The position numbers were made by a program, and so were the translations under genes. A stretch of 64,000 bases of DNA from an uncultured Streptococcus sp. Its GTDB lineage: Bacteria > Bacillota > Bacilli > Lactobacillales > Streptococcaceae. The stretch covers positions 25,063 through 89,062 of the forward strand of contig CAUQTL010000001.1 of NCBI GenBank assembly GCA_963521035.1, read 5' to 3'. Below the pieces are notes generated by a model. It worked only from the letters and a program-made list of their open reading frames with translations, was not told the DNA's origin and ran no database searches. Every line of letters starts with the position of its first letter. Positions within the stretch are counted from its first letter, which is position 1. Positions 12,137-25,075 of this stretch are shown piece after piece.

Positions 12137-13687
12137 GTGTCAAATAAACCAATAGTAGATATGATTGAAACCATTGAGCATTTTGCTCAGACACAGCCTA
12201 ACTATCCTGTTTACAATGTTTTGGGACAGGAACACACTTATGGAGATTTGAAGGCTGATTCGGATAGTTTGGCTGCAGCCATTGACCAACTAGGCTTGCC
12301 TGAGAAGTCTCCTGTGGTTGTTTTTGGTGGCCAAGAATATGAAATGTTGGCAACCTTTGTAGCGCTGACTAAGTCAGGTCATGCCTACATTCCAATTGAT
12401 AGCCATTCGGCCTTGGAGCGAGTTTCGGCTATTTTAGAAGTAGCAGAGCCAAGCTTGATTATTGCCAACTCAGACTTTCCATTGGAGCAGGTTTCTACGC
12501 CAATGATGACTCTGGATCAGGTGCAAGAAGCCTTTGCTCAAGGGACTAGCTATGAGATCACGCATCCAGTCAAGGGCGATGATAACTACTACATTATCTT
12601 TACTTCTGGTACGACTGGTAAGCCTAAAGGAGTGCAGATTTCCCATGATAACCTCCTCAGCTTTACCAATTGGATGATTACGGATAAGGAATTTGCGACG
12701 CCAAGTCGTCCGCAAATGCTGGCTCAGCCACCTTATTCATTTGACCTGTCCGTCATGTACTGGGCGCCAACCTTGGCACTTGGTGGTACGCTTTTTGCTC
12801 TTCCTTCAGCCATCACTCAGGACTTTAAGCAACTTTTTGCGACCATCTTTTCATTGCCAATCGCTATCTGGACATCAACCCCTTCTTTTGCAGATATGGC
12901 CATGTTGTCTGAAGACTTCAACAGTGAGAAAATGCCAGGTATCACGCATTTCTACTTTGATGGAGAAGAATTGACGGTCAAAACGGCTCAAAAACTGCGT
13001 GAGCGTTTCCCAAATGCCCGTATTATCAATGCCTACGGGCCAACAGAAGCGACAGTAGCCCTGTCAGCAGTTGCCGTGACAGACGAGATGTTGGCGACTC
13101 TCAAACGCTTACCAATCGGCTATACCAAGGCTGATTCTCCAACCTTTATCATTGATGAGAATGGCAAGAAACTGCCAAATGGTGAACAGGGAGAAATCAT
13201 TGTTTCTGGGCCAGCTGTTTCAAAAGGTTATATGAACAATCCTGAAAAAACAGCAGAAGCCTTCTTTGAGTTTGAAGGTCTGCCAGCCTATCACACAGGC
13301 GATGTGGGAACCATGACAGATGAGGGCTTGCTTCTCTACGGTGGCCGCATGGACTTCCAGATTAAATTCAACGGTTACCGCATTGAGTTAGAAGATGTCT
13401 CTCAAAATCTCAACAAGTCTCGTTTTATAGAGTCTGCTGTCGCAGTTCCACGTTATAACAAGGACCACAAGGTGCAAAATCTATTAGCCTATGTCATCTT
13501 AAAAGACGGTGTTCGTGAGCAGTTTGAACGTGATATCGATATTACCAAGGCCATTAAGGAAGACTTGACAGATATCATGATGTCCTACATGATGCCGTCT
13601 AAATTTCTTTATCGAGACAGTTTGCCACTGACTCCAAATGGAAAGATTGACATCAAAGGATTGATTAACGAGGTGAATAAGAGATGA
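12137..13687 (+). CDS. dltA: D-alanine--D-alanyl carrier protein ligase
   Basis: [31 protein letters not shown] adenylation motifs. Confidence 0.96.
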   Translation: MSNKPIVDMIETIEHFAQTQPNYPVYNVLGQEHTYGDLKADSDSLAAAIDQLGLPEKSPVVVFGGQEYEMLATFVALTKSGHAYIPIDSHSALERVSAILEVAEPSLIIANSDFPLEQVSTPMMTLDQVQEAFAQGTSYEITHPVKGDDNYYIIFTSGTTGKPKGVQISHDNLLSFTNWMITDKEFATPSRPQMLAQPPYSFDLSVMYWAPTLALGGTLFALPSAITQDFKQLFATIFSLPIAIWTSTPSFADMAMLSEDFNSEKMPGITHFYFDGEELTVKTAQKLRERFPNARIINAYGPTEATVALSAVAVTDEMLATLKRLPIGYTKADSPTFIIDENGKKLPNGEQGEIIVSGPAVSKGYMNNPEKTAEAFFEFEGLPAYHTGDVGTMTDEGLLLYGGRMDFQIKFNGYRIELEDVSQNLNKSRFIESAVAVPRYNKDHKVQNLLAYVILKDGVREQFERDIDITKAIKEDLTDIMMSYMMPSKFLYRDSLPLTPNGKIDIKGLINEVNKR

Positions 13688-14928
13688 TGGAGTTCTTTCA
13701 ACAGCTTCCTCATTTAGAGCCATACGGCAATCCTCAGTATTTTGTCTATGTGATTGCTGCAACCTTGCCCATCTTTATCGGTCTCTTTTTCAAGAAACGC
13801 TTTGCCTGGTATGAAGTGCTGGTTAGCCTCTTCTTTATCGTCACCATGTTGGTAGGTGGGAAGACCAATCAATTGGCTGCCTTGGGTATTTACCTGTGCT
13901 GGGAAATATTGCTCCTACTCTTCTACAAGCATTATCGAAAAAGCAAGGATGGCAAGTGGGCCTTCTACCTAGTTAGTTTTCTGTCCCTCCTTCCGATTAT
14001 CTTTGTCAAGGTGCAGCCAGCTATCAATGGAACGCAGTCTTTGCTTGGGTTCTTGGGAATTTCTTACCTGACCTTTCGTTCGGTTGGAATTATCATCGAG
14101 CTGAGAGATGGAGTGATTAAGGATTTTACCCTCTGGGAATTCCTCCGTTTTCTTCTCTTCATGCCGACTTTTTCAAGTGGTCCAATCGATCGCTTTAAGC
14201 GTTTTAATGAAAATTATCAGACCATTCCTGAGCGGGATGAGTTGATGGATATGTTGGAAGAATCCGTTCGCTATATTATGTGGGGATTTTTGTACAAGTT
14301 TATCCTGGCTCATATTTTAGGAGAGACTTTGTTGCCTCCTCTGAAGAATCTAGCTTTGCAGTCAGGTGGCTTCTTTAACCACTATGCTTTAGCGGTTATG
14401 TATACCTTTGGTCTGGAGCTATTCTTTGACTTTGCAGGTTACTCTATGTTTGCCTTAGCCATTTCAAACTTGATGGGAATCCGTAGTCCCATCAACTTTA
14501 ACAAGCCCTTTTTATCAAGGGATTTAAAGGAATTTTGGAATCGTTGGCACATGAGTCTTTCTTTCTGGTTCCGTGACTTTGTCTTTATGCGAATGGTGAT
14601 GGTATTGACCAGAAAGAAGGTCTTTAAGAATCGCAATGTAACCTCAAGTGTGGCCTATATTGTAAATATGCTGATTATGGGATTTTGGCATGGAGTGACT
14701 TGGTACTACGTCGCCTATGGCCTCTTTCATGGGATTGGACTGGTTATCAATGACGCTTGGATTCGCAAGAAAAAAACGCTCAATAAGGAACGGAAAAAAG
14801 CAGGGAAGGCTGCTCTACCTGAGAATCGCTGGATTCAGTTGCTTGGCATGGTTATCACCTTCCATGTCGTCATGCTGTCATTCTTGATCTTTTCTGGATT
14901 TTTGAATGATTTATGGTTTAAAAAATAA
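13684..14928 (+). CDS. dltB: D-alanyl transfer MBOAT protein
   Basis: [23 protein letters not shown]. Confidence 0.96.
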   Translation: MMEFFQQLPHLEPYGNPQYFVYVIAATLPIFIGLFFKKRFAWYEVLVSLFFIVTMLVGGKTNQLAALGIYLCWEILLLLFYKHYRKSKDGKWAFYLVSFLSLLPIIFVKVQPAINGTQSLLGFLGISYLTFRSVGIIIELRDGVIKDFTLWEFLRFLLFMPTFSSGPIDRFKRFNENYQTIPERDELMDMLEESVRYIMWGFLYKFILAHILGETLLPPLKNLALQSGGFFNHYALAVMYTFGLELFFDFAGYSMFALAISNLMGIRSPINFNKPFLSRDLKEFWNRWHMSLSFWFRDFVFMRMVMVLTRKKVFKNRNVTSSVAYIVNMLIMGFWHGVTWYYVAYGLFHGIGLVINDAWIRKKKTLNKERKKAGKAALPENRWIQLLGMVITFHVVMLSFLIFSGFLNDLWFKK

Positions 14929-14937
14929 AGGAAATAA

Positions 14938-16441
<1,504 letters not shown>

Positions 16442-16490
16442 ATCATAATATAGAAGAGTTCAAGAATGAAACTAGTTTTCACGTTTTTTC

Positions 16491-16529
16491 TTGACTCTTT
16501 TTTTGGTTGTGATATAATTAACCAGTAAA
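16491..16529 (+). promoter_or_regulatory. adc promoter with AdcR operator
   Basis: TTGACT, TGATATAAT and TTAACCAGTAAA (16518-16529) matching the AdcR box TTAACNRGTTAA. Confidence 0.75.
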
Positions 16530-16594
16530 TAATTTTTTTAAAGAATAGTATTTTTCTCTTAAAAAAGAGAAGTCCAAAAGGAAAGGAGTCAGAT

Positions 16595-17035
16595 ATGAGA
16601 CAGCTAGCGAAGGATATCGATGCTTTTTTGAATGAGGTGATTTTGCAGGCAGAAAATCAGCATGAAATCCTAATAGGTCATTGTACTAGCGAGGTAGCTC
16701 TGACCAATACTCAGGAGCATATTCTCATGCTCTTGTCAGAGGAATCTTTAACAAATTCAGAATTGGCGCGTCGCCTCAATGTCAGTCAGGCAGCAGTTAC
16801 CAAGGCCATTAAGTCTTTGGTCAAGGAAGGGATGTTGGAAACATCTAAAGATCCGAAGGATGCGCGTGTGATTTTTTATCAATTGACTGATTTGGCTCGT
16901 CCAATCGCTGAGGAGCACCATCATCACCATGAGCATACACTTTTAACCTATGAACAAGTGGCGACTCAGTTTACTCCAAATGAACAAAAAGTGATTCAGC
17001 GGTTTTTGACTGCTTTAGTAGGAGAAATCAAATAA
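16595..17035 (+). CDS. adcR: Zinc-responsive MarR regulator
   Basis: MarR HTH with EEHHHHHEH. Confidence 0.95.
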   Translation: MRQLAKDIDAFLNEVILQAENQHEILIGHCTSEVALTNTQEHILMLLSEESLTNSELARRLNVSQAAVTKAIKSLVKEGMLETSKDPKDARVIFYQLTDLARPIAEEHHHHHEHTLLTYEQVATQFTPNEQKVIQRFLTALVGEIK

Positions 17036-17739
17036 TGAGATATATTACGGTAGAGGATTTATCCTTCTATTATGATAAGGAGCCAGTTCTTGAACATATC
17101 AATTATAGTGTTGATAGTGGGGAATTTGTTACCTTGACAGGGGAGAATGGGGCAGCTAAGACGACACTGATTAAGGCCAGTCTTGGAATCCTTCAGCCAC
17201 GCATTGGAAAGGTGACTATTTCAAAGACAAATACGCAGGGTAAGAAATTGAGAATAGCCTACCTTCCTCAACAGATTGCCAGTTTTAATGCAGGTTTTCC
17301 AAGTACGGTTTATGAATTTGTCAAGTCGGGTCGCTATCCACGAAAGGGTTGGTTCCGTCGTTTGAATGCTCATGATGAGGAGCATATCAAGGCTAGTTTG
17401 GACTCAGTTGGTATGTGGGAACACCGAGACAAACGCTTGGGTTCTCTATCTGGAGGACAAAAGCAGCGAGCGGTGATTGCGCGTATGTTTGCTTCGGATC
17501 CAGATGTGTTTATCCTAGATGAGCCGACAACGGGGATGGATGCAGGAAGTAAAAACGAATTTTACGAACTCATGCACCACAGCGCTCATCATCACGGCAA
17601 GGCTGTTTTGATGATTACTCATGACCCTGAAGAAGTTAAGGACTATGCGGACCGCAATATTCATCTAGTACGTAACCAAGACTCGCCATGGCGTTGTTTC
17701 AACGTTCATGAGAATGATCAGGAGGTGGGCCATGCTTAG
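17035..17739 (+). CDS. adcC: Zinc ABC transporter ATPase
   Basis: [18 protein letters not shown]. Confidence 0.95.
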   Translation: MRYITVEDLSFYYDKEPVLEHINYSVDSGEFVTLTGENGAAKTTLIKASLGILQPRIGKVTISKTNTQGKKLRIAYLPQQIASFNAGFPSTVYEFVKSGRYPRKGWFRRLNAHDEEHIKASLDSVGMWEHRDKRLGSLSGGQKQRAVIARMFASDPDVFILDEPTTGMDAGSKNEFYELMHHSAHHHGKAVLMITHDPEEVKDYADRNIHLVRNQDSPWRCFNVHENDQEVGHA

Positions 17740-18538
17740 TTTGTTATCTTATGACTTTATGCAACGCGCCTTTCTGGCCGTTATTGCCATGAGTCTTTTC
17801 TCGCCAGTATTGGGGACCTTCCTTATCTTGCGCCGTCAGAGTTTGATGAGTGATACCCTCAGCCACGTCTCGCTTTCGGGTGTAGCCTTTGGTCTGGTTC
17901 TGGGGATTTCTCCGACTATTTCTACGATTGCTATTGTCTTGATTGCGGCAGTCTTCCTGGAGTATCTCCGTACGGTTTACAAGAACTTTATGGAAATCGG
18001 GACAGCTATCCTCATGTCGACAGGTCTGGCTGTTTCTCTGATTGTCATGAGCAAGGGTAAAAGCTCTAGTTCTATGAGTTTGGACCAGTACCTTTTTGGT
18101 TCAATCGTGACTATTAGCGAAGAGCAGGTCATTTCCCTCTTTGTCATTGCGGCGGTTGTCTTGATTTTGACCTTTCTCTTCCTTCGTCCTATGTATATCC
18201 TGACCTTTGATGAGGATACGGCCTTTGTGGATGGTTTGCCAGTTCGTACCATGTCCATTCTTTTTAACATGGTGACGGGGGTGGCCATTGCCCTTATGAT
18301 TCCAGCTGCGGGAGCTCTTCTGGTATCGACCATTATGGTCTTGCCAGCTAGTATTGCCCTGCGTCTGGGGAAAAACTTTAAATCGGTTATGCTGCTTGCC
18401 AGTGCTATTGGATTTTTGGGAATGGTAGCAGGACTTTACATTTCCTACTATGCAGAAACACCTGCAAGTGCAAGTATTACTATTATTTTTGTAACTGTTT
18501 TCTTGCTAATCAGTTTAGTAAGACGTTTTATCAAATAG
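17732..18538 (+). CDS. adcB: Zinc ABC transporter permease
   Basis: [15 protein letters not shown]; start trimmed to ATG after GGAGG. Confidence 0.95.
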   Translation: MLSLLSYDFMQRAFLAVIAMSLFSPVLGTFLILRRQSLMSDTLSHVSLSGVAFGLVLGISPTISTIAIVLIAAVFLEYLRTVYKNFMEIGTAILMSTGLAVSLIVMSKGKSSSSMSLDQYLFGSIVTISEEQVISLFVIAAVVLILTFLFLRPMYILTFDEDTAFVDGLPVRTMSILFNMVTGVAIALMIPAAGALLVSTIMVLPASIALRLGKNFKSVMLLASAIGFLGMVAGLYISYYAETPASASITIIFVTVFLLISLVRRFIK

Positions 18539-18547
18539 GAGATGAAC

Positions 18548-20053
18548 ATGAAAAAAATTAGCTTATTACTCGCCAGTCTATGTGCCTTGTTTTTAGTGGC
18601 TTGTTCTAATCAAAAGCAGGCAGATGGCAAACTAAATATTGTGACAACCTTTTACCCTGTCTATGAATTTACCAAGCAAGTCGCAGGAGATACTGCTAAT
18701 GTAGAACTCCTAATCGGTGCAGGGACAGAACCTCATGAATATGAACCGTCTGCCAAGGCAGTTGCTAAAATCCAAGACGCAGATACCTTCGTTTATGAAA
18801 ATGAAAACATGGAAACATGGGTTCCTAAATTGCTAGATACCTTGGATAAGAAAAAGGTGAAAACCATCAAGGCGACAGGCGATATGTTGCTCTTGCCAGG
18901 TGGTGAGGAAGAAGAGGGAGACCATGACCATGGAGAAGAAGGCCATCACCATGAGTTCGATCCCCATGTTTGGTTATCACCAGTTCGTGCCATTAAACTA
19001 GTAGAGCACATCCGTGATAGCTTGTCAGCAGATTATCCTGATAAAAAAGAGACCTTTGAGAAGAATGCTGCTGCCTATATCGAAAAATTACAAGCCTTGG
19101 ATAAGGCGTATGCAGAAGGATTGTCTCAAGCCAAACAAAAGAGCTTTGTAACGCAACACGCAGCTTTTAACTACCTTGCCTTGGACTATGGACTCAAACA
19201 AGTCGCAATTTCAGGCCTTTCTCCAGATGCCGAGCCATCAGCTGCTCGCTTGGCAGAATTGACAGAGTATGTCAAGAAAAATAAAATTGCCTATATCTAC
19301 TTTGAAGAGAATGCTTCACAAGCCCTTGCTAACACACTTTCAAAAGAGGCAGGTGTCAAAACAGATGTCCTCAATCCTTTAGAAAGTCTGACAGAAGAGG
19401 ATACCAAGGCTGGCGAAAACTACATCTCCGTTATGGAGAAAAACCTCAAGGCTCTGAAACAAACAACGGACCAAGAAGGCCCAGCAATTGAGCCTGAAAA
19501 GGCAGAGGATACCAAGACAGTTCAAAATGGTTACTTTGAGGATGCAGACGTCAAGGACCGCACCTTGAGTGACTATGCAGGTAACTGGCAATCAGTTTAT
19601 CCTTTCCTTGAAGATGGTACTTTTGATCAAGTCTTTGACTACAAGGCTAAGTTGACAGGTAAGATGACTCAGGCTGAGTACAAGGCCTACTATACAAAAG
19701 GCTATCAGACAGATGTGACTAAGATTAATATCACTGATAACACTATGGAATTTGTTCAAGGTGGACAAAGTAAGAAATTCACCTACAAGTATGTTGGTAA
19801 GAAAATCTTGACTTATAAGAAAGGAAATCGTGGCGTGCGCTTCCTCTTTGAAGCGACAGATGCGGATGCTGGACAATTCAAGTATGTTCAGTTTAGTGAC
19901 CACAATATCGCCCCAGTTAAGGCAGAACATTTCCATATCTTCTTTGGAGGCACAAGCCAAGAAGCTCTCTTTGAAGAAATGGATAACTGGCCAACCTACT
20001 ACCCAGATAACCTATCTGGCCAAGAAATTGCCCAAGAAATGTTGGCGCATTGA
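18548..20053 (+). CDS. adcA: Zinc-binding lipoprotein with C-terminal ZinT domain
   Basis: Lipobox LVAC, EPHEYEP, His-rich loop, DPHVWL, ZinT NWPTYYP. Confidence 0.95.
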   Translation: MKKISLLLASLCALFLVACSNQKQADGKLNIVTTFYPVYEFTKQVAGDTANVELLIGAGTEPHEYEPSAKAVAKIQDADTFVYENENMETWVPKLLDTLDKKKVKTIKATGDMLLLPGGEEEEGDHDHGEEGHHHEFDPHVWLSPVRAIKLVEHIRDSLSADYPDKKETFEKNAAAYIEKLQALDKAYAEGLSQAKQKSFVTQHAAFNYLALDYGLKQVAISGLSPDAEPSAARLAELTEYVKKNKIAYIYFEENASQALANTLSKEAGVKTDVLNPLESLTEEDTKAGENYISVMEKNLKALKQTTDQEGPAIEPEKAEDTKTVQNGYFEDADVKDRTLSDYAGNWQSVYPFLEDGTFDQVFDYKAKLTGKMTQAEYKAYYTKGYQTDVTKINITDNTMEFVQGGQSKKFTYKYVGKKILTYKKGNRGVRFLFEATDADAGQFKYVQFSDHNIAPVKAEHFHIFFGGTSQEALFEEMDNWPTYYPDNLSGQEIAQEMLAH

Positions 20054-20202
20054 TGAGAATCAAAGGATAGCTTTGTATGAGGCTATCTTTTTAGTTACAA
20101 AATAGATGGTTAACATTTTATTTTTAAAAATCGCAGTTAAAACTGCACAGCCTTCTTTAAATGTGCTATAATACAGGAAAAATAATGATGGAGGTCACGA
20201 TA

Positions 20203-21102
20203 ATGGCAACATTTTTGATGATTTTTGTGGTGGTTTGTGTGCTCCTATTGGTGATAGTCACACTGAGTACAGTTTATGTGGTTCGTCAACAGTCGGTGGC
20301 GATTATTGAACGCTTTGGGAAATACCAAAAGGTTGCCAATAGCGGTATTCATATTCGCTTGCCTTTTGGAATTGACTCGATTGCAGCACGGATTCAGTTG
20401 CGCTTGTTGCAAAGCGATATTGTGGTTGAGACCAAGACCAAGGATAATGTGTTCGTTATGATGAATGTGGCGACTCAGTACCGTGTCAATGAGCAGAGCG
20501 TGACAGATGCCTACTATAAACTCATGCGTCCAGAATCTCAGATTAAATCTTATATCGAAGATGCCCTTCGTTCTTCTGTTCCAAAATTAACCTTGGATGA
20601 ATTGTTTGAGAAAAAAGATGAGATTGCCCTTGAAGTCCAACACCAAGTAGCAGAAGAAATGACTACTTATGGTTATATTATCGTGAAAACCTTGATAACC
20701 AAGGTTGAACCAGATGCAGAAGTCAAGCAATCCATGAATGAAATCAATGCGGCGCAACGTAAGCGGGTTGCAGCGCAAGAATTGGCGGAAGCAGACAAGA
20801 TTAAAATCGTCACTGCAGCTGAAGCCGAAGCAGAAAAAGACCGCCTTCATGGTGTGGGGATTGCCCAACAACGTAAGGCGATTGTGGATGGATTGGCAGA
20901 GTCTATCACAGAACTCAAGGAAGCCAATGTTGGCATGACAGAAGAACAAATCATGTCCATCCTCTTGACCAACCAGTATTTGGATACCTTGAACACTTTT
21001 GCTTCTAAAGGAAATCAAACCATCTTTTTACCAAATACGCCAAATGGTGTTGATGATATCCGTACACAAATCTTGTCAGCCCTCCGTGCTGAGAAGAAAT
21101 AA
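20203..21102 (+). CDS. SPFH/band 7 membrane protein
   Basis: IIERFGKY, ETKTKDNV, AEAEAE coiled coil. Confidence 0.9.
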   Translation: MATFLMIFVVVCVLLLVIVTLSTVYVVRQQSVAIIERFGKYQKVANSGIHIRLPFGIDSIAARIQLRLLQSDIVVETKTKDNVFVMMNVATQYRVNEQSVTDAYYKLMRPESQIKSYIEDALRSSVPKLTLDELFEKKDEIALEVQHQVAEEMTTYGYIIVKTLITKVEPDAEVKQSMNEINAAQRKRVAAQELAEADKIKIVTAAEAEAEKDRLHGVGIAQQRKAIVDGLAESITELKEANVGMTEEQIMSILLTNQYLDTLNTFASKGNQTIFLPNTPNGVDDIRTQILSALRAEKK

Positions 21103-21221
21103 TAGACTAAAGAGCCTGGAGTCAGGCTCTTTTTGTATCACCCTTGTATCTTTGAGAACTAAATCCTCCTCCACAAATTATAGAATCTTTTCTGAGGATT
21201 TAGGGAGTGATGGAGGAAGTC

Positions 21222-21250
21222 TTGAAAGCGCTTTTGTTTTGTGCTATAGT
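21222..21250 (+). promoter_or_regulatory. GH2 promoter with cre overlapping -35
   Basis: TTGAAA -35 inside TGAAAGCGCTTTTG; TGCTATAGT extended -10. Confidence 0.65.
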
Positions 21251-21285
21251 CAAGTAAATCGAGTTGTTTAAAGAGGAATGCCTGT

Positions 21286-24200
21286 ATGAGAAGAGAAGAA
21301 GTTTTGCGAAATCACTGGTTTTTTAGCCAAGAGGTGGGGAAAGAAGAGGCCTTGGCGCCGGATTTTCATAGAGAAAATTGGCAGGCTATTCAAGTGCCAC
21401 ACGACTGGAGTATTTACAATGATTTTGACCAGTATTCGCCAGCGCAAAATGAGGGTGGTCAGCTAAATGGGGGTCAGGCCTGGTACCGGACGCAGTTTTA
21501 CTTGGAAGAAGATGTTAGTCTTGTATCGGTGCGTTTGTTGTTTGATGGAGTTTATATGAATGCCCAAGTCTATATCAACGGGCAAGTGCTGGGCTATTAT
21601 CCCAATGGCTACACACCTTTTTCTTATGATATCACGCCTTATCTAAGAAATGATGGGACGGCCAACCAGCTTGCGGTTTTTGTGGAAAATCAGCAACCTA
21701 GCAGTCGTTGGTACTCTGGTAGCGGTATTTACCGAGAAGTGAAATTGTTGATTACGGATTCGGTACATCTGGATTTATATGGGATTAAGATAGAAAGTCC
21801 CAAGCTAATGGAACAAAGAGATGGATGGGTGGAAACTCAGCTTACAAGTAAGGTTTCAAATGATGGAACTCAGTCCGTGTCGGTGTATTTGGAACAGAGT
21901 ATCTGGTATGATGGACAACAGCTGTCAGACTGGCAGGTGACTGATTCTGTAATGATTGAGTCTGGGGAAAAACATCATTTCAAACAAGCCATATCAATTT
22001 TCCAACCTTTGCTTTGGGATATTGATCATCCCCACATTTACCAATTGAAGACTCGCCTTTACAAAAATGGCATGTTGGTTGATGAAGAAGAGGAGGCTTT
22101 TGGTTACCGTTATATGGATTGGCAAGCGGATAAGGGCTTCTTTCTAAATGGTCGCTGGTTGAAGATTCACGGGGTTTGTTTGCACCATGACTATGGATCT
22201 CTGGGAGCTGTGGAAAATAGGTCAGCTGCTGAGAGACGATTGCGCCAGATGAAGGAAATGGGTGTCAATGCAATCCGAATCACCCATAATCCAGCCAGTA
22301 GCATTTTGCTGGATGTGGCTGCTAAAATGGGCTTACTCATCCAAGAAGAAGCCTTTGATACCTGGTATGGAGGCAAGAAAGAATATGACTATGGTCGCTT
22401 TTTTGAGGAAGAAGCTACTCATCCAGAAGCGAAAGCAGGCGATTTCTGGTCAGATTATGATTTGCGCACTATGATTGAGCGTGGCAAGAATAATCCAGCG
22501 ATTTTTATGTGGTCCTTAGGAAATGAAGTCAGCGAAGCAAATGGCGATGCTCATTCATTGAAGACTATCAAACGCTTGCTAGAAAGGGTAAAGGAAGTGG
22601 ATGATAGTCGTTTTGTGACCATGGGAATGGACCAGTTCCGCTTTGGAGATGGTTCTGGAGGTCATGAAAAGATTGCTGATTTGCTGGATGTGGTGGGTTT
22701 GAATTACTCGGAAGATAATATTGATGGAATTCGCAAAAGACATCCCAAGTGGCGACTTTACGGGTCTGAAACCTCATCGGCTACACGGACGCGTGATAGC
22801 TATTTTCGCCCAGATAAGGAATGGATTGGGGATAATCGCCGCGTGCGGAATTTTGAACAGTCAGACTATGGTAATGATCGGGTTCCTTGGGGGAAGACGG
22901 CGACGGCTGCTTGGATAGTAGATCGAAATCGGTTAGACTATGCGGGTCAGTTTATCTGGACAGGAGTGGACTATATCGGTGAGCCGACTCCTTGGCACAA
23001 CCAAAATGACACACCTGTCAAGAGTTCCTATTTTGGGATCGTGGATACGGCAGGGATTCCTAAAAATGATTATTATCTCTATCAAAGTCAGTGGTTGGCA
23101 CTAGATCAGCAACCTATGGTTCATATCCTGCCCCATTGGAATTGGGAAATCCACAAGAGTTATCAACAAGTTGTGGATAAGTATGGGGATATCCCTGTTC
23201 GAGTGTATTCAAATGCTGGTTCTGTAGAGCTATTTCTAAATGGAAAATCTCAAGGTAGGAAGACTTTTCAGGAAAAATGGACTTCAGACGGTCGAAAATA
23301 CCAAGAGGGAGAAGGATCTGACCAACTCTATCTCGAATGGCGCTTGGCTTATCAACCAGGAGAATTGCATGCTGTAGCCTATGACCGTCAAGGTCAGATT
23401 GTAGCAGAAGATAGGGTGGTAACTGCAGGTAAGCCAGCCAAAATCGGGTTACATGCCGATAAATCACAACTGGAGCCAGATGGGCAAGACCTCCTTTATC
23501 TCTATTTTGATGTATTGGATAAATCAGGAAACTGGGTGCCGACTGCTTCCAATCAGCTTCATTTTGAAATTGAAGGGCCTGCTCGCATTGTGGGTGTTGA
23601 TAATGGCAGGCAGGCCAGTCGTGAACGTTATCAGGCTCAGAAAAATGGTTGGTTTAAGAGGAAAGCCTTCCATGGCAGAGGTGTACTTTTGGTTCAGAGC
23701 TTGGAGCAGGCAGGCCAAGTAAGAGTAAAGGCCAGTGCCAGAGGGCTAGAGACAGCAAGTTTTGATCTCTTAGTGGGAGAGGCTTTTGATTGCCAGCCAG
23801 TGAAAAATCAGCGCTTATTTGAGATTCGAGTGGATAAGCAGGCCGGATTACAAGAAGGGGATTCCCCAGCTATTGGACTTTATCCACAAACTGTGGATAA
23901 CCCTGTGAACAAGGTGGGGAATAGTGAAGTGATTTGGGAGATGAGTGGTAGTGCCCAGGCCATTATCAAACAGGGAGTGCTTCATTGTTTATCTGCTGGC
24001 GACTTGGCTATCCGAGCCATGTATCAAGGCAAAACCTATCAAACTCATTTGCAGGTCGCAGAAAATACCTCACTAGGGCAGGCAGTTTCTGTACGACCAC
24101 TTCGCTTGTATACAGCTAAGGGAACTTATCCACAGCTGCCATCTTCAGTTTTGGTGGACTATGAGCTCGGGGGTGCAAAACGAGTCAAGGTTGTTTGGGA

Positions 24201-25074
24201 GGCAATATCCGAAGAAGATATGGCAAGCTTTCATGAGTTTACGGTATCTGGTCAGCTAGAGGGTTTGGATTTAAAGGCTTCTGCTCAGGTTTGTGTCCAA
24301 GGGATTTCCGCTATTGAACCTGAAAGGGTTTGGACGCTTGTCAAGGAAGTCCCACATTTACCAGACCGAGTCAAGCTAGTCTTATCAGATGGCAGACGAG
24401 ATACAGCCAAGGTTACTTGGGATGAACTCAAGCCTCAAATCTATACTCAGGTAGGAGAATGCGTTCTCACAGGGCAGGTAGCGGGCTGTGAGTTGCCAGC
24501 AACAGTCACCATTCATGTGACAGATGCCAGTGTAGATGGAGAAGTTATTTCCAATCAGTGGACAGGGTCCAACCTGCCTCTGGTCTTTGCTTCTCACTCA
24601 GAACCGAATCACCCAGCCTCTTACCTCAATGACAAGGTCATTACTCGGAAAAAATCGACAGCCAATACTTGGATTACCAAGTCAGAGCAAGCCAGCGTGG
24701 GCATGCTTTTTGGAGATGCAGGGATTTTAAAACCGCGATTTGTGGATAACGTGACCTTGTATTATGTTGAAAATCAAGAATACCTGGCGATGGAGCCTAC
24801 TTTTATTGATTATTATGTAGGGAATGAGCCTAGTTTGCCTCGGACCCCAAATCATTTGGATAAGGATTCTATGCTCAAACAAGAGGAGAATTGGCGACCT
24901 GTATCAGCTATCCGAAAAGTGTCAAGCGACAAGGCTGAAGAGATTCGTTTTGAATTTGACAAGGTGGAAACCTATGCCCTTCGTCTTCGATTTGAAGGCT
25001 TGGCAAGCCCTCTAGCGTTAACAGAATTGCAAGTACATGACAAAAAAGTAAAGAAAAGTGTAGATAGGAAATAG
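21286..25074 (+). CDS. GH2 beta-galactosidase (BgaA-like catalytic region; no signal peptide or LPXTG seen)
   Basis: VPHDWS, SSRWYSGSGIYR, GVCLHHD, WSLGNE, GSET, DYIGEPTP motifs. Confidence 0.88.
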   Translation: MRREEVLRNHWFFSQEVGKEEALAPDFHRENWQAIQVPHDWSIYNDFDQYSPAQNEGGQLNGGQAWYRTQFYLEEDVSLVSVRLLFDGVYMNAQVYINGQVLGYYPNGYTPFSYDITPYLRNDGTANQLAVFVENQQPSSRWYSGSGIYREVKLLITDSVHLDLYGIKIESPKLMEQRDGWVETQLTSKVSNDGTQSVSVYLEQSIWYDGQQLSDWQVTDSVMIESGEKHHFKQAISIFQPLLWDIDHPHIYQLKTRLYKNGMLVDEEEEAFGYRYMDWQADKGFFLNGRWLKIHGVCLHHDYGSLGAVENRSAAERRLRQMKEMGVNAIRITHNPASSILLDVAAKMGLLIQEEAFDTWYGGKKEYDYGRFFEEEATHPEAKAGDFWSDYDLRTMIERGKNNPAIFMWSLGNEVSEANGDAHSLKTIKRLLERVKEVDDSRFVTMGMDQFRFGDGSGGHEKIADLLDVVGLNYSEDNIDGIRKRHPKWRLYGSETSSATRTRDSYFRPDKEWIGDNRRVRNFEQSDYGNDRVPWGKTATAAWIVDRNRLDYAGQFIWTGVDYIGEPTPWHNQNDTPVKSSYFGIVDTAGIPKNDYYLYQSQWLALDQQPMVHILPHWNWEIHKSYQQVVDKYGDIPVRVYSNAGSVELFLNGKSQGRKTFQEKWTSDGRKYQEGEGSDQLYLEWRLAYQPGELHAVAYDRQGQIVAEDRVVTAGKPAKIGLHADKSQLEPDGQDLLYLYFDVLDKSGNWVPTASNQLHFEIEGPARIVGVDNGRQASRERYQAQKNGWFKRKAFHGRGVLLVQSLEQAGQVRVKASARGLETASFDLLVGEAFDCQPVKNQRLFEIRVDKQAGLQEGDSPAIGLYPQTVDNPVNKVGNSEVIWEMSGSAQAIIKQGVLHCLSAGDLAIRAMYQGKTYQTHLQVAENTSLGQAVSVRPLRLYTAKGTYPQLPSSVLVDYELGGAKRVKVVWEAISEEDMASFHEFTVSGQLEGLDLKASAQVCVQGISAIEPERVWTLVKEVPHLPDRVKLVLSDGRRDTAKVTWDELKPQIYTQVGECVLTGQVAGCELPATVTIHVTDASVDGEVISNQWTGSNLPLVFASHSEPNHPASYLNDKVITRKKSTANTWITKSEQASVGMLFGDAGILKPRFVDNVTLYYVENQEYLAMEPTFIDYYVGNEPSLPRTPNHLDKDSMLKQEENWRPVSAIRKVSSDKAEEIRFEFDKVETYALRLRFEGLASPLALTELQVHDKKVKKSVDRK
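23147..24749. promoter_or_regulatory. Intragenic DnaA-box cluster
   Basis: Perfect TTATCCACA/TGTGGATAA at 23172, 23880, 23892, 24126, 24741; near matches at 23147, 23160, 23829, 23904. Confidence 0.6.
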
Positions 25075-25075
25075 T

